From: Lysobacteraceae bacterium
GTDB taxonomy: Bacteria > Pseudomonadota > Gammaproteobacteria > Xanthomonadales > Xanthomonadaceae
DNA length: 64,000 nucleotides
Assembly: GCA_046598445.1 (NCBI GenBank)
Contig: JBKJHV010000084.1
Span: forward strand, 1,552 to 65,551
Direction of reading: 5' to 3'
A program made the position numbers and the translations under genes. The notes under the pieces are model-generated. The model ran no database searches, was not told the origin of the DNA, and worked only from the letters and a program-made list of their open reading frames with translations. Below, one piece after another: positions 37,540 to 47,222 of this stretch (position 1 is its first letter; each line of letters begins with the position of its first letter).

Positions 37540-38349
37540 TCAGCGCGTGGGTGCCGATGCGATCGTGCGCGATCGGGTCGTGTCCAATCCGGTCGTGCCC
37601 GATTTCATCGCGCCCAATTCCCCGGCGATCGAAGCCAACAGCTCGGCCTCGTGGCTCAGATGGAAAAAATGCCCGGCGTCGATGTTGTGCACCCGCACGT
37701 CGCAACGGCCATGGCCCTGCCATGCGGCAAGATCCTCGGCATCGATCAGATGGTCGCGAGTGCCGGAATAGACCACGACGGCCTGGTCCAGCGGCGCGCG
37801 CGGGTGGTATTCGTAGGCTTGCGCCAGCGTGAAATCGGCACGAAGCATCGGCAGCAGCAACGCCAGCAGCTCCGGCGATTCGAGCACCGGCTGCTGCAGG
37901 CCGCCGTAGCGCTGCAGCCCTTTCACGAAGCCCGCATCGTCGAGGTCGTACAGTTTCGGCTGCCGGGATTTTCGGTCTGGCGCGCGGCAGGCGCCGACAA
38001 GCAGGCGTTCGGGCTGGGGTAATCCAAGTGCGCGCAGTCGCTGCACGAGTTCGAATGCGATCAAGCCGCCAAGGCTGTGGCCATAGAACGCGAAGGGCCG
38101 GTCCAGCCACGGCGCGATCTGTTCGGCCAGGGTCTCGATCAGCAGGGGCATCTCCGAACAGGCCGGTTCGGCGATGCGCGATTCGCGGCCCGGCAGGCGT
38201 GCCGCCAGCACATGAGCGCCTGGCAGACCTTTGCCCCAGCGGTTGAACACGCTGCTGCCACCGCCGGCATGGGCGAAAGCGAACAGCCGGACCGGGGCGT
38301 CGGCGCCCTGTCCGAAATCGGTGAACCAGGCAGGCGAAGGGCGGGACAT
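37540..38349 (-). CDS. Type II thioesterase
   Basis: LFAFAHAGG, LPGRE.R, GHSLG nucleophile, LRADF, GHFF. Confidence 0.88.
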   Translation of the reverse strand: MSRPSPAWFTDFGQGADAPVRLFAFAHAGGGSSVFNRWGKGLPGAHVLAARLPGRESRIAEPACSEMPLLIETLAEQIAPWLDRPFAFYGHSLGGLIAFELVQRLRALGLPQPERLLVGACRAPDRKSRQPKLYDLDDAGFVKGLQRYGGLQQPVLESPELLALLLPMLRADFTLAQAYEYHPRAPLDQAVVVYSGTRDHLIDAEDLAAWQGHGRCDVRVHNIDAGHFFHLSHEAELLASIAGELGAMKSGTTGLDTTRSRTIASAPTR

Positions 38350-38460
38350 GAGGTGGCGAATTTCCGTTTCGGAGGTGGCAGAGACAGACTTTGCGGCTGT
38401 GCGGGATAGTGGTGCGAATGCAGTCGCCGCATTCGCGACGTCTGCCGTGCGGTGTGGCCT

Positions 38461-38802
38461 TCAGTCCGCCAGCGCCTCGGCCCTGGCTGCGCAGATGAAG
38501 TCGTTCTCGCTCAGCCCACCGACATCGTGGGTGGAGAAGCGGACCACGCAGCGGTCGTAGTGCACGCCAAGGTCTGGATGGTGGTCTTCGCGGTGGGCGA
38601 CATGCGCCAAGGCATTCACGAACGCCATCGTCCGGTAGTAATCCGCGAATGTGAAGGTTTTGACCAGCGCATGGTTGTTCTCCGCCAACTGCCAGCCGGG
38701 CAGTTGCGGCATGAGTTCGGCGATCCGCGCGGGGGGCAGGCGGTGCTCGTGACCGCTGCGCGGGATGCAGTGGGCCTGGGCGAGGGGAATGAGGTCGGAC
38801 AC
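38461..38802 (-). CDS. phhB: Pterin-4-alpha-carbinolamine dehydratase
   Basis: GTG with AGGAG SD; F.DY...[24 protein letters not shown]. Confidence 0.92.
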   Translation of the reverse strand: MSDLIPLAQAHCIPRSGHEHRLPPARIAELMPQLPGWQLAENNHALVKTFTFADYYRTMAFVNALAHVAHREDHHPDLGVHYDRCVVRFSTHDVGGLSENDFICAARAEALAD

Positions 38803-38901
38803 GGTGGATCTCCTCTGGCGGTCGGGTGAAGCTGAACACTGTTCCGCCCGTGTAACGAAAACGTGATGAGCACGGGCGGACCGGGCCGCTAGAATAGCCC
38901 G

Positions 38902-39495
38902 ATGATCCAGATTTCCGAATCCGCGCAAACGCATTTCCGTCGCCTGATCGAGCGCGAGGCCCTGCCGGGCCTCGGCGTGCGTCTCAGCGCCATGCACCCG
39001 GGCACGCCGCGTGCGGACGTCCGCCTCGAATTCGCCGAGCCCGGCGACCTGCAGGGCGATGAATGGGCGGTGGACTGCGAGGGTTTCACGCTGTGGCTGG
39101 ATGCCGGCAGCGTGCAATACCTCGATGGTGCCGAGATCGATTACACCTATCAGGCCACGACTGGCCAACTGCAGATCCGCGCGCCGAAGATCAAGGGCGT
39201 GACCCCGGGCGAATCGGCCTCGCTGGTCGAGCGCGTACGCTGGGTGGTCGAGCACGAGATCAACCCGCAGCTCGCCCAACACAAAGGCCACGTTTCGGTG
39301 CAGGAAGTCACCGCGGAAGGCGTGGTGATGCTTAATTTCGGCGGCGGCTGCCACGGCTGCGGCATGGCCGATGTGACCTTGAAGCAGGGCATCGAGAAGA
39401 CCCTGCTCGAGAAAGTACCGGGGGTGACCGCCGTGCGCGACGCCACCGACCATGCCAGCGGAGCGGCGCCCTACATCGCGCGTTCCGCGGACTGA
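38902..39495 (+). CDS. nfuA: Fe-S biogenesis protein NfuA
   Basis: N-terminal A-type carrier-like domain; [10 protein letters not shown]...[17 protein letters not shown]. Confidence 0.93.
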   Translation: MIQISESAQTHFRRLIEREALPGLGVRLSAMHPGTPRADVRLEFAEPGDLQGDEWAVDCEGFTLWLDAGSVQYLDGAEIDYTYQATTGQLQIRAPKIKGVTPGESASLVERVRWVVEHEINPQLAQHKGHVSVQEVTAEGVVMLNFGGGCHGCGMADVTLKQGIEKTLLEKVPGVTAVRDATDHASGAAPYIARSAD

Positions 39496-39511
39496 CCGGG
39501 CCTCGCCGGGC

Positions 39512-41224
39512 GTGTTCACCGCCGGAGAATTGATCGAGATTCTTCAGGCCCGCTATCGGCGGCGGTTTCCGCTGCATGCCGATCGGCCGTTCGGCGCGTT
39601 CCCGCCGACCTGGCGGGCCTGGTTCCTGTCGATGCAGGAACATCTCGGTGCGGTGACCGGCGCGCCGGTCGCGGATTACCTCAGCCTGTTCCTGGAGCGG
39701 GCTGAGCGCGCGCCACCGAAGGCCAGCGCGGAGTTGAGCCGCTGGCGCGCGTACGCCAGCCTCGCGCGCCAGCAGTGGGAACCGGCGCCTCGCGACCAGC
39801 GTTGGATGCGGGGCGTGGCCAGCGTGTTCTCCGGGCTGCTGCATGTCGTGTTCATGATGCTGTTGCTGTGGCTGGGATTCGTGGCGATCGGCGACGCGCC
39901 GCCGGAGAACACACAGGCCGGCGAAACCGTGCTCATCGAGTACATCGGCACCGGCACGCCAGCGGAGCAGGGCGGCGCCGCGGCGCCGGGCGAGGTGGAA
40001 GCTCCCGCGTCTTCGGCAGCAGCAGCCTCCGCCCAGAGCGCACCCGCACAGACTGCCGCCGCCGCTGCACCGCCGCCACCCTCGGCCAGTGCCGCCACTC
40101 AACCGCCGGCGAGCGAGCAAGAGCCGCAGCCGGCCGAAGCGGGCAGCGCCCAGCCTCTGGTCGTCACCGAGACCCCGCGGACCGATATCGATTTCACCCT
40201 GCCTGCGCCGGTCCCGCGCGACGTCAGGCTGCCGCAATTGCAGGTGACCGTTCCGCAGGTGGCGTCCTCTGTCGTCGAGATCCAGACCTTCGAGCCGCGC
40301 CCCGCAGTGCGCGCGCTGGAACGGCCGGCCTTGCGCGTGCCGACACCCGCAGTGCCCACGCTGCGCACCGAAGTGACCGAAGTCCAAGTGCGGCGGCCCA
40401 CGCCGGAACTACAGGTCAGGCCGCTGTCGCAGACCACATTGCGCAGCCCTGAAATCCGCGTACCGATCTTGCGCACCACGCCCACAGATGTGCCGATGCG
40501 CGCGCAGCCGGCCGCGGCAACGGCGGCTGCGGCTGCGACGCCCAGCCCGGCTGCAACGCAGGCACCGCCGGCCGCCGTGCCGGGCAATGCGGCTGCCACG
40601 GCGGGGCGCAGCACTACGCCGTCCTCCGCCACGACGTCCGGCGGACGCCCGCAGGCGCAAGGCACCGGCCGACCCACCGCGACGACATCCGCAGGCGCCG
40701 GACCGTCGCCGTCGCCACGTCCCGGCGCTGCGCCAAGCACGGTTCGCGGCGACGACTGGGGCGATTCCAATCGCAATGTGCCCGGCAACAGCACCACGGG
40801 CGGTCGTAACCCGGGTCCGGGTCTGTTCAACAGCGACGGCGGCATCCGTCTACCGGGCGACGGCGGCCGCGTCGGCGGTGGTCTGCCGCCGGGCACGATC
40901 ATCGAGGACTTCCAGAAGATCGACCGCATGGGCACCTGGCTCAAGCGCCCGCCGCTGGATTACACCCCGACCCGTTTCGACAAGTTCTGGGTGCCCAATC
41001 GCACGCTGCTTGAAGAATGGGTGCACCGTGGCATCAAGAAAGTGGCCATTCCGATCCCCGGCACCACCAAGCGGATCGAATGCACGGTGTCGCTGCTCAC
41101 GGCTGGCGGTGGATGCACGATCTACGATCCCAATCTGCAGGATCAGGAAGCCATCGCGCGACCGCCGCCCGACGTGCCGTTCAAGCCCGAACTGCAGGAA
41201 GACAAGGGCAGTCTGAAGAAGTGA
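39512..41224 (+). CDS. Single-pass membrane protein with long Pro/Ala/Thr-rich linker (TonB-like architecture)
   Basis: TM with S-x-x-x-H (SGLLHVV), low-complexity linker, C-terminal Cys-containing domain; start codon approximate. Confidence 0.7.
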   Translation: MFTAGELIEILQARYRRRFPLHADRPFGAFPPTWRAWFLSMQEHLGAVTGAPVADYLSLFLERAERAPPKASAELSRWRAYASLARQQWEPAPRDQRWMRGVASVFSGLLHVVFMMLLLWLGFVAIGDAPPENTQAGETVLIEYIGTGTPAEQGGAAAPGEVEAPASSAAAASAQSAPAQTAAAAAPPPPSASAATQPPASEQEPQPAEAGSAQPLVVTETPRTDIDFTLPAPVPRDVRLPQLQVTVPQVASSVVEIQTFEPRPAVRALERPALRVPTPAVPTLRTEVTEVQVRRPTPELQVRPLSQTTLRSPEIRVPILRTTPTDVPMRAQPAAATAAAAATPSPAATQAPPAAVPGNAAATAGRSTTPSSATTSGGRPQAQGTGRPTATTSAGAGPSPSPRPGAAPSTVRGDDWGDSNRNVPGNSTTGGRNPGPGLFNSDGGIRLPGDGGRVGGGLPPGTIIEDFQKIDRMGTWLKRPPLDYTPTRFDKFWVPNRTLLEEWVHRGIKKVAIPIPGTTKRIECTVSLLTAGGGCTIYDPNLQDQEAIARPPPDVPFKPELQEDKGSLKK

Positions 41225-41290
41225 TCCGGGTCGGCGGGTTGCTGCAGCGATCGCCACAGCCGCAGTCACCTCGAAAGCACATCCCCACAA

Positions 41291-41323
41291 ACGAAACGGG
41301 AGCCTCGCGGCTCCCGTTTTTTT
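41291..41323. terminator. Bidirectional intrinsic terminator
   Basis: AAACGGGAGC-CTCGCG-GCTCCCGTTTTTTT. Confidence 0.8.
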
Positions 41324-41344
41324 CGCTCGGCGATGGACCGCAGA

Positions 41345-41800
41345 TCAGCGCTTGTGCAGATCGCCCAGCGGACCCTGCTGTGTCGCGAAAAACGCGGCGA
41401 GGTCGGCGATGCCCTGGTTGTCGAGGTTGCCGGCATCCACCGCGCCCTTGATCTGGCTGGTCATCAGCGCGTGTTCGCGGCCACCATCGCGGTACTGCTG
41501 GATGCTGTGGAACAGGTAATCCTGGTACTGGCCGGCGAGCACCGGATAGGTGGCGTCGATCGGCTTGGCGCCGCCGGCGCCATGGCAGTCCACGCAGGCC
41601 TGGCCGGTGGAGCCCAGCTTTTTGTCGGCGGCGATCTTCTCGCCGCGGGCGGCGTCGCCGTCATAGGCGGAGACGTGTTCGAACTTGGCCTTGTGGGCTT
41701 CGCCTTCAGCGCCGGCGTGTTCGCCTTCACCGCTGGAACAGGCCGCGAGACCGAGGCTGAGGGCCAGCATGAGGGCGATGGCGATGGGGCGCTTCGTCAT
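41345..41800 (-). CDS. Cytochrome c (monoheme lipoprotein, c553/c4-like)
   Basis: Lipobox LAAC; CVDCH; P.LAGQY; axial Met. Confidence 0.88.
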   Translation of the reverse strand: MTKRPIAIALMLALSLGLAACSSGEGEHAGAEGEAHKAKFEHVSAYDGDAARGEKIAADKKLGSTGQACVDCHGAGGAKPIDATYPVLAGQYQDYLFHSIQQYRDGGREHALMTSQIKGAVDAGNLDNQGIADLAAFFATQQGPLGDLHKR

Positions 41801-41811
41801 GAGGGCGGCGC

Positions 41812-42165
41812 TCACTTCTTCAGGCTCGAAAGGTAGGCGGCGATGTCCTTGATGTCCTGCTCCGAAAAGCTCTGCGCCTGTGCCTGCATGGTCGGGTGCT
41901 TGCGCGTGCCCTTGCGGTACTCGGTCAGTGCGCTTTCGAGGTATTCCGCCGACTGGCCGGTGATCTTCGGCACGCTGAAGGACGGATAGGCATTCTTGTA
42001 GCCGGTGACGCCGTGGCAGCCTTGGCAGGTGTAAGTGAGTTGCTTGCCTTTTTCGGCGGAGCCGGTGGCGGGAGTCTGCGCCTGCGCCGCGAATGCGGTG
42101 AAGAGGGCGAGGCAACCAGCGAGCAGCGGATAACGATTCGGCGATCGGATCATATCTGGCGTCAT
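41812..42165 (-). CDS. Cytochrome c (monoheme, c553/c4-like)
   Basis: Signal peptide; CQGCH; PKITGQ; RKHPTM; alternative start at 42153. Confidence 0.88.
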   Translation of the reverse strand: MTPDMIRSPNRYPLLAGCLALFTAFAAQAQTPATGSAEKGKQLTYTCQGCHGVTGYKNAYPSFSVPKITGQSAEYLESALTEYRKGTRKHPTMQAQAQSFSEQDIKDIAAYLSSLKK

Positions 42166-42456
42166 GTCGGGGCGTGGTATCGGGACGTTGAGCGGGGGGC
42201 GTTGAGCGTCGTATTCGGACACCGCCTGCGTACAAACCGGGGTACACGCTGATGATTCCGCGTGCCGGCACCGTCGCAAGCGTGCAATCCGGACAGTATA
42301 GCCTGAGGCGTCGCATCGACGCAGGCGTCTGTTGCTGGTCTTCGGCAATACGGCGTCGGCAGTACGGCAGCGCCGAACGTGTGACGCGTCACCCATGACC
42401 TCTGGCCGATGTTGAACGTGAATGGGTGATATACCTTAATACAACACCTCATAACC

Positions 42457-43629
42457 ATGCCGACGATACCCACCATGTCCGCCGTCCCCAGTTCGCACCT
42501 TTCGGCCACCCGGCCCACCGCCCGGCCCACGTTCGCCCGCGCCCTGGGCGTCGGGATCCTGCTCGGTTGTCTCACCCTGTCCGCCTGCAAAGGGGGCGGA
42601 GACGCCGAGGCCAAAGGCAAGGAAGACGAGAAGAAAGCCCAGGACGCCGTGCCGGTCGAGGCCGTGAACGTCACCCGCCGGCCGATCGCCGCCAGCTACA
42701 GCGGCACCGCGCCGCTGGAAGCCCGCGCCGAGTCCCAGGTGGTGGCCAAAACCTCCGGCGTCGCCCTGCAGGTCATGGCCGAGGTCGGTCAGGAAGTGCG
42801 GGCCGGTCAGGTGCTGGTGCGGCTGGATTCCGACCGCGCGGTGCTGCAGGCGGCCCAGACTTCGGCGCAGATGCGCAAACTGGAAGCCAATTACAACCGT
42901 TCGCTGCAGTTGTCCAAGCAGCAACTGGTGAGCGCCAACGACATCGACCAGCTGAAGTTCGACCTCGAAAATATCCGCGCGGCGAATCGCCTGGCGAATC
43001 TCGAGCTTTCCTACGCCAACGTGGTCGCGCCGATCTCCGGCGTGATCGCCGAGCGTTCGATCAAGACCGGCAACTTCGTCCAGATCAACAGCCCGATCTT
43101 CCGCATCGTCGACACTTCGCGCCTCGAAGCCACGCTCAACGTGCCCGAGCGCGAACTGGCCACGCTCAAGGCCGGTCTGCCGGTGCAGTTGCTGGTCGAT
43201 GCGCTGCCCGGGCGGCCGTTCCTGGGTCGCGTCGATCGCGTCGCCCCGGTGATCGACTCCGGCAGCGGCACGTTCCGGGTGATCTGCGCCTTCGACAGCG
43301 GCGGCCTGCTGCAGCCGGGCATGTTCGGCCGGGTCAAGATCGATTACGACCAGCGTGCCGACGCGATGGTCATTCCACGCGCTGCGTTGCTCGACGACGA
43401 AAACGATCCGGCGGTCTACACCGTGCGCGGTGGCAAGGCCGCGCGCGCCTCGATCAAGTTGGGCTATTACGACGGTGAATGGGTGGAAGTGCGCTCCGGC
43501 CTGAAGCTGGGCGACCGCGTCGTCACCGCCGGCAAGGTCGCGCTGCGCGAAGGCACCGACGTGCTGGTGATCGGTGATCCGGTCGCGAAGAAGGTCGCCG
43601 CCGCCAAGCCCGCGGGCGGCAAACAATGA
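42457..43629 (+). CDS. RND efflux periplasmic adaptor (MFP)
   Basis: Lipobox LSAC; APISGVI, LQPGMFGRV. Confidence 0.92.
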   Translation: MPTIPTMSAVPSSHLSATRPTARPTFARALGVGILLGCLTLSACKGGGDAEAKGKEDEKKAQDAVPVEAVNVTRRPIAASYSGTAPLEARAESQVVAKTSGVALQVMAEVGQEVRAGQVLVRLDSDRAVLQAAQTSAQMRKLEANYNRSLQLSKQQLVSANDIDQLKFDLENIRAANRLANLELSYANVVAPISGVIAERSIKTGNFVQINSPIFRIVDTSRLEATLNVPERELATLKAGLPVQLLVDALPGRPFLGRVDRVAPVIDSGSGTFRVICAFDSGGLLQPGMFGRVKIDYDQRADAMVIPRAALLDDENDPAVYTVRGGKAARASIKLGYYDGEWVEVRSGLKLGDRVVTAGKVALREGTDVLVIGDPVAKKVAAAKPAGGKQ

Positions 43630-46600
43630 GCGGCGGCGCGCGCCAAGACGACGACCGCCACGACAAAGACCACCACGACCACGAGGGGCGCGAGGGTCGC
43701 GAGGTCGAACACGAGGCCGGGAGCGGATCGGGCATGGTCGAGTTCTCGACCCGTCGCCGGGTCACCGTGGCGATGTTCTGGCTGACGATGTTCCTGTTCG
43801 GCGTGCTGGCGCTGACGAACCTCAAGGTCAACCTGCTGCCGGACCTGAGCTATCCCACCCTCACCGTACGCACCGAATACACCGGCGCCGCGCCGGCCGA
43901 GATCGAAACCCTCATCAGCGAGCCGGTCGAGGAAGCGGTGGGCGTGGTCAAGAACCTGCGCAAACTTAAGTCGGTTTCGCGCACCGGGCAGAGCGATGTC
44001 GTGCTCGAATTCGCCTGGGGCACCGACATGGACCAGGCCAGCCTCGAAGTGCGCGACAAGATGGAAGTGCTGCAATTGCCGCTTGAAGCCAAGCCGCCGG
44101 TGCTGTTGCGCTTCAATCCTTCGACCGAACCGATCATGCGCCTCGTGCTGGCCGCCAAGCCCGGCGCCGATCAGGTGGGCGACGAGGCCCAGGCGCTGCG
44201 CCGGCTCACCGAACTGCGTCGCTTCGCCGACGACGATCTGAAAAAGAAGCTGGAGCCGGTCGAAGGCGTCGCCGCGGTCAAGGTCGGCGGCGGTCTGGAG
44301 GACGAAGTCCAGGTCGATATCGACCAGCAGAAACTGGCGCAGCTGAACCTGTCGATCGACACCGTGATCCAGCGCCTGCAGCAGGAGAACATCAACGTCT
44401 CCGGTGGCCGCCTGGAAGAAGGCAGCCAGCGTTATCTGGTGCGTACCGTCAATCAGTTCGCCAGCATCGAGGAAATGCGCGAAATGCTGGTGACCACGCG
44501 CAGCGCCGGCAACGACGCCGCCGCCGTGGCCGCGCAGCAGATGGCGGCCGTTGCGGCTTCCACCGGATCGGCCGCGGCCATCGCCGCCGCCAACTCCGTG
44601 CAGAACGCCTCCGGCGGCGGTTCCAGCTCCACGGCCGGCGGCATGTCCGTGCGCCTGAAGGACATCGCCGATGTCCGTCAGGGACACAAGGAACGCGAGA
44701 CCATCATCCGCCTCGGCGGCCGCGAAGCCGTCGAGCTGGCGATCTACAAGGAAGGCGACGCCAACACCGTATCCACCGCCGACGCCATTGCCGCGAAGAT
44801 CGAAGAGATCAAGACCCAGATTCCGGCCGACATCGAATTGACCACGGTCGACGACCAGTCGCAGTTCATCCGCCACGCGATCGCCGACGTGAAATTCGAC
44901 GCCGTGATCGGCGGCCTGCTGGCGGTGCTGATCATCTTCCTGTTCCTGCGCGACGGCTGGAGCACCTTCGTGATCGCGCTGTCGCTGCCGGTCTCCATCG
45001 TCACCACATTCTTCTTCATGGACCAGTTCGGGTTGAGCCTGAACGTGATGTCGCTCGGCGGGCTCGCGTTGGCGACAGGCCTGGTCGTGGACGATTCGAT
45101 CGTGGTGCTCGAAAGCATCGCCAAGGCGCGCGAACGCGGGCTCGGCGTGTTCGAGGCGGCCATCGAAGGTACCCGTGAAGTCAGCATGGCCGTGGTCGCG
45201 TCCACGCTCACCACCATCGCGGTGTTCCTGCCGCTGGTATTCGTGCAGGGCATCGCCGGCGAGTTGTTCCGCGACCAGGCGTTGACCGTCGCTACGGCGA
45301 TCGGCATCTCGCTGATCGTGTCGATGACCTTGATCCCGATGCTCAGCGGCTGGCGCGACCGTGCGCCGATGGCCTTCGCGGAAGAGCCGTCGCACCCGCA
45401 GTGGCAGCCCGACGCGCGTTGGCAGAAACCGCTGGCCGCGACCGGCCGCGGTGTCGGCATCGGCACGCGCGGCTTCTTCTTCGGGATCGCGTTCGCATTC
45501 GTGCGGGTGTGGCGTCTGCTGGCCGCGGTGATCGGCCCGGTGATGCGCACGCTCAGCGATCTGGCGATGGCGCCGTACAACCGCATCGAATCGGGTTATC
45601 TGCGGGTGCTGCCCGGCGCGCTGCGCCGACCGGCGATCGTGCTGGTGCTGGCGGCGTCCGCGTTCGGCCTCAGCCTGTTGGCGGTTCCGATGCTGGGTAC
45701 CGATCTGATCCCGCAGCTCGCGCAGGATCGCTTCGAAATGACCGTGAAGTTGCCGCCCGGCACGCCGCTGCGCGACACCGATCGCGTGGTGCGCGAGCTG
45801 CAGGAGACGCATGCGAAAGATGCAGGCATCCGCGCGCTGTACGGCGTCAGTGGCAGCGGCACGCGACTGGACGCCAGCCCGACAGAAAGCGGCGAGAACA
45901 TCGGCAAGCTGTCGGTGGTGATGAGCGACAGCGGCGACGAGGCACGCGAGGCGGAGCTGGTCGACGGTCTACGCGACAGCGCGAAGCAGTACGCCGGTGC
46001 GCAAGTCGATTTCAGCCGCCCGGAACTCTTCAGCTTCTCGATGCCGCTGGAGATCGAACTGAGCGGCCAGGACCTGCAGAGCATCGAACAGGCCGGCCGC
46101 AGGATGGCCACCCTGCTGCGCGACAACCCGCACTACGCCGACGTCAAGTCGACGGTGGAGCAGGGCTTTCCCGAGATCCAGATCCACTTCGACCAGGAAC
46201 GCGCCGGCGCGCTGGGGCTGACCACGCGCCAGATCGCCGATGTTGTGGTGAAGAAGGTCCGTGGCGACGTCGCCACGCGCTACAGCTTCCGCAGTCGCAA
46301 GATCGATGTGCTGGTGCGCGCGCGGCAAAGCGATCGCGCCACGCTCGACGACATCAAACGCCTGATCGTGAATCCCGGCAGCGCCAATCCGGTGACGCTG
46401 GATTCGGTCGCCGACGTGGTGTCGACCACCGGCCCGAGCGAGATCCACCGCGCCGACCAGGTGCGGGTTGCGATCGTGTCCGCCAACCTGCGCGACATCG
46501 ATCTGGGCACCGCGGTACGCGAGGTCGAAGAGATGGTGGCGAACGCCGAAGGCGGCCTTGGCGCCGGCATCGGCCTGCACATCGGCGGTCAGGGCGAGGA

Positions 46601-47222
46601 ACTGGCGCAGTCGCTGCAGTCGCTGCTGTTCGCGTTCGGCCTGGCGGTGTTCCTGGTGTATCTGGTGATGGCATCGCAGTTCGAGTCGCTGCTGCATCCG
46701 TTCGTCATCCTGTTCACCATCCCGCTGGCGCTGGTCGGCGCGATCCTGGCGCTGCTGGTCACCGGTTCGACGATCTCGGTGGTGGTCTTCATAGGCCTGA
46801 TCCTGCTGGTCGGACTGGTAGTGAAGAACGCGATCATCCTGATCGACAAGGTCAATCAGGCGCGCGAAGCGGGCATGGCCAAGCGCGATGCGTTGGTTGA
46901 AGGCGCCCGTTCGCGTCTGCGCCCGATCATGATGACCACGCTCTGCACCCTGTTCGGCTTCCTGCCGCTGGCGCTCGCCTTCGGCGAAGGCGCCGAGGTG
47001 CGCTCGCCGATGGCGATCACGGTGATCGGTGGCCTGCTGGTGTCCACGCTGTTGACGCTGGTGGTGATCCCGGTGGTCTACGATCTGCTGGACCGCCGTC
47101 CCGACGCGCACTACGTCGCCCGCGCCAAACGCGTCCGCGCCAAACGCGGCGAAGACTTCGACGCCGCTGCGGAGGACAACACTTCGACCGGGCACGCCCC
47201 GAACGAGAGCATCCCGAAATGA
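43626..47222 (+). CDS. RND efflux permease subunit 1
   Basis: LLPDLSYP, GLVVDDSIVVLE, GLVVKNAI, RLRPIMMT. Confidence 0.93.
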   Translation: MSGGARQDDDRHDKDHHDHEGREGREVEHEAGSGSGMVEFSTRRRVTVAMFWLTMFLFGVLALTNLKVNLLPDLSYPTLTVRTEYTGAAPAEIETLISEPVEEAVGVVKNLRKLKSVSRTGQSDVVLEFAWGTDMDQASLEVRDKMEVLQLPLEAKPPVLLRFNPSTEPIMRLVLAAKPGADQVGDEAQALRRLTELRRFADDDLKKKLEPVEGVAAVKVGGGLEDEVQVDIDQQKLAQLNLSIDTVIQRLQQENINVSGGRLEEGSQRYLVRTVNQFASIEEMREMLVTTRSAGNDAAAVAAQQMAAVAASTGSAAAIAAANSVQNASGGGSSSTAGGMSVRLKDIADVRQGHKERETIIRLGGREAVELAIYKEGDANTVSTADAIAAKIEEIKTQIPADIELTTVDDQSQFIRHAIADVKFDAVIGGLLAVLIIFLFLRDGWSTFVIALSLPVSIVTTFFFMDQFGLSLNVMSLGGLALATGLVVDDSIVVLESIAKARERGLGVFEAAIEGTREVSMAVVASTLTTIAVFLPLVFVQGIAGELFRDQALTVATAIGISLIVSMTLIPMLSGWRDRAPMAFAEEPSHPQWQPDARWQKPLAATGRGVGIGTRGFFFGIAFAFVRVWRLLAAVIGPVMRTLSDLAMAPYNRIESGYLRVLPGALRRPAIVLVLAASAFGLSLLAVPMLGTDLIPQLAQDRFEMTVKLPPGTPLRDTDRVVRELQETHAKDAGIRALYGVSGSGTRLDASPTESGENIGKLSVVMSDSGDEAREAELVDGLRDSAKQYAGAQVDFSRPELFSFSMPLEIELSGQDLQSIEQAGRRMATLLRDNPHYADVKSTVEQGFPEIQIHFDQERAGALGLTTRQIADVVVKKVRGDVATRYSFRSRKIDVLVRARQSDRATLDDIKRLIVNPGSANPVTLDSVADVVSTTGPSEIHRADQVRVAIVSANLRDIDLGTAVREVEEMVANAEGGLGAGIGLHIGGQGEELAQSLQSLLFAFGLAVFLVYLVMASQFESLLHPFVILFTIPLALVGAILALLVTGSTISVVVFIGLILLVGLVVKNAIILIDKVNQAREAGMAKRDALVEGARSRLRPIMMTTLCTLFGFLPLALAFGEGAEVRSPMAITVIGGLLVSTLLTLVVIPVVYDLLDRRPDAHYVARAKRVRAKRGEDFDAAAEDNTSTGHAPNESIPK

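Noticed and set aside
7466-38349. Linking the P450 and the thioesterase into one NRPS/PKS cluster
   Set aside because: About 29 kb apart, separated by housekeeping genes, with no assembly-line genes present
38461-39519. 352-aa ORF suggesting a long N-terminal fusion to PhhB
   Set aside because: Extension is antisense to nfuA; a GTG start with SD at 38802 gives a normal-sized PhhB
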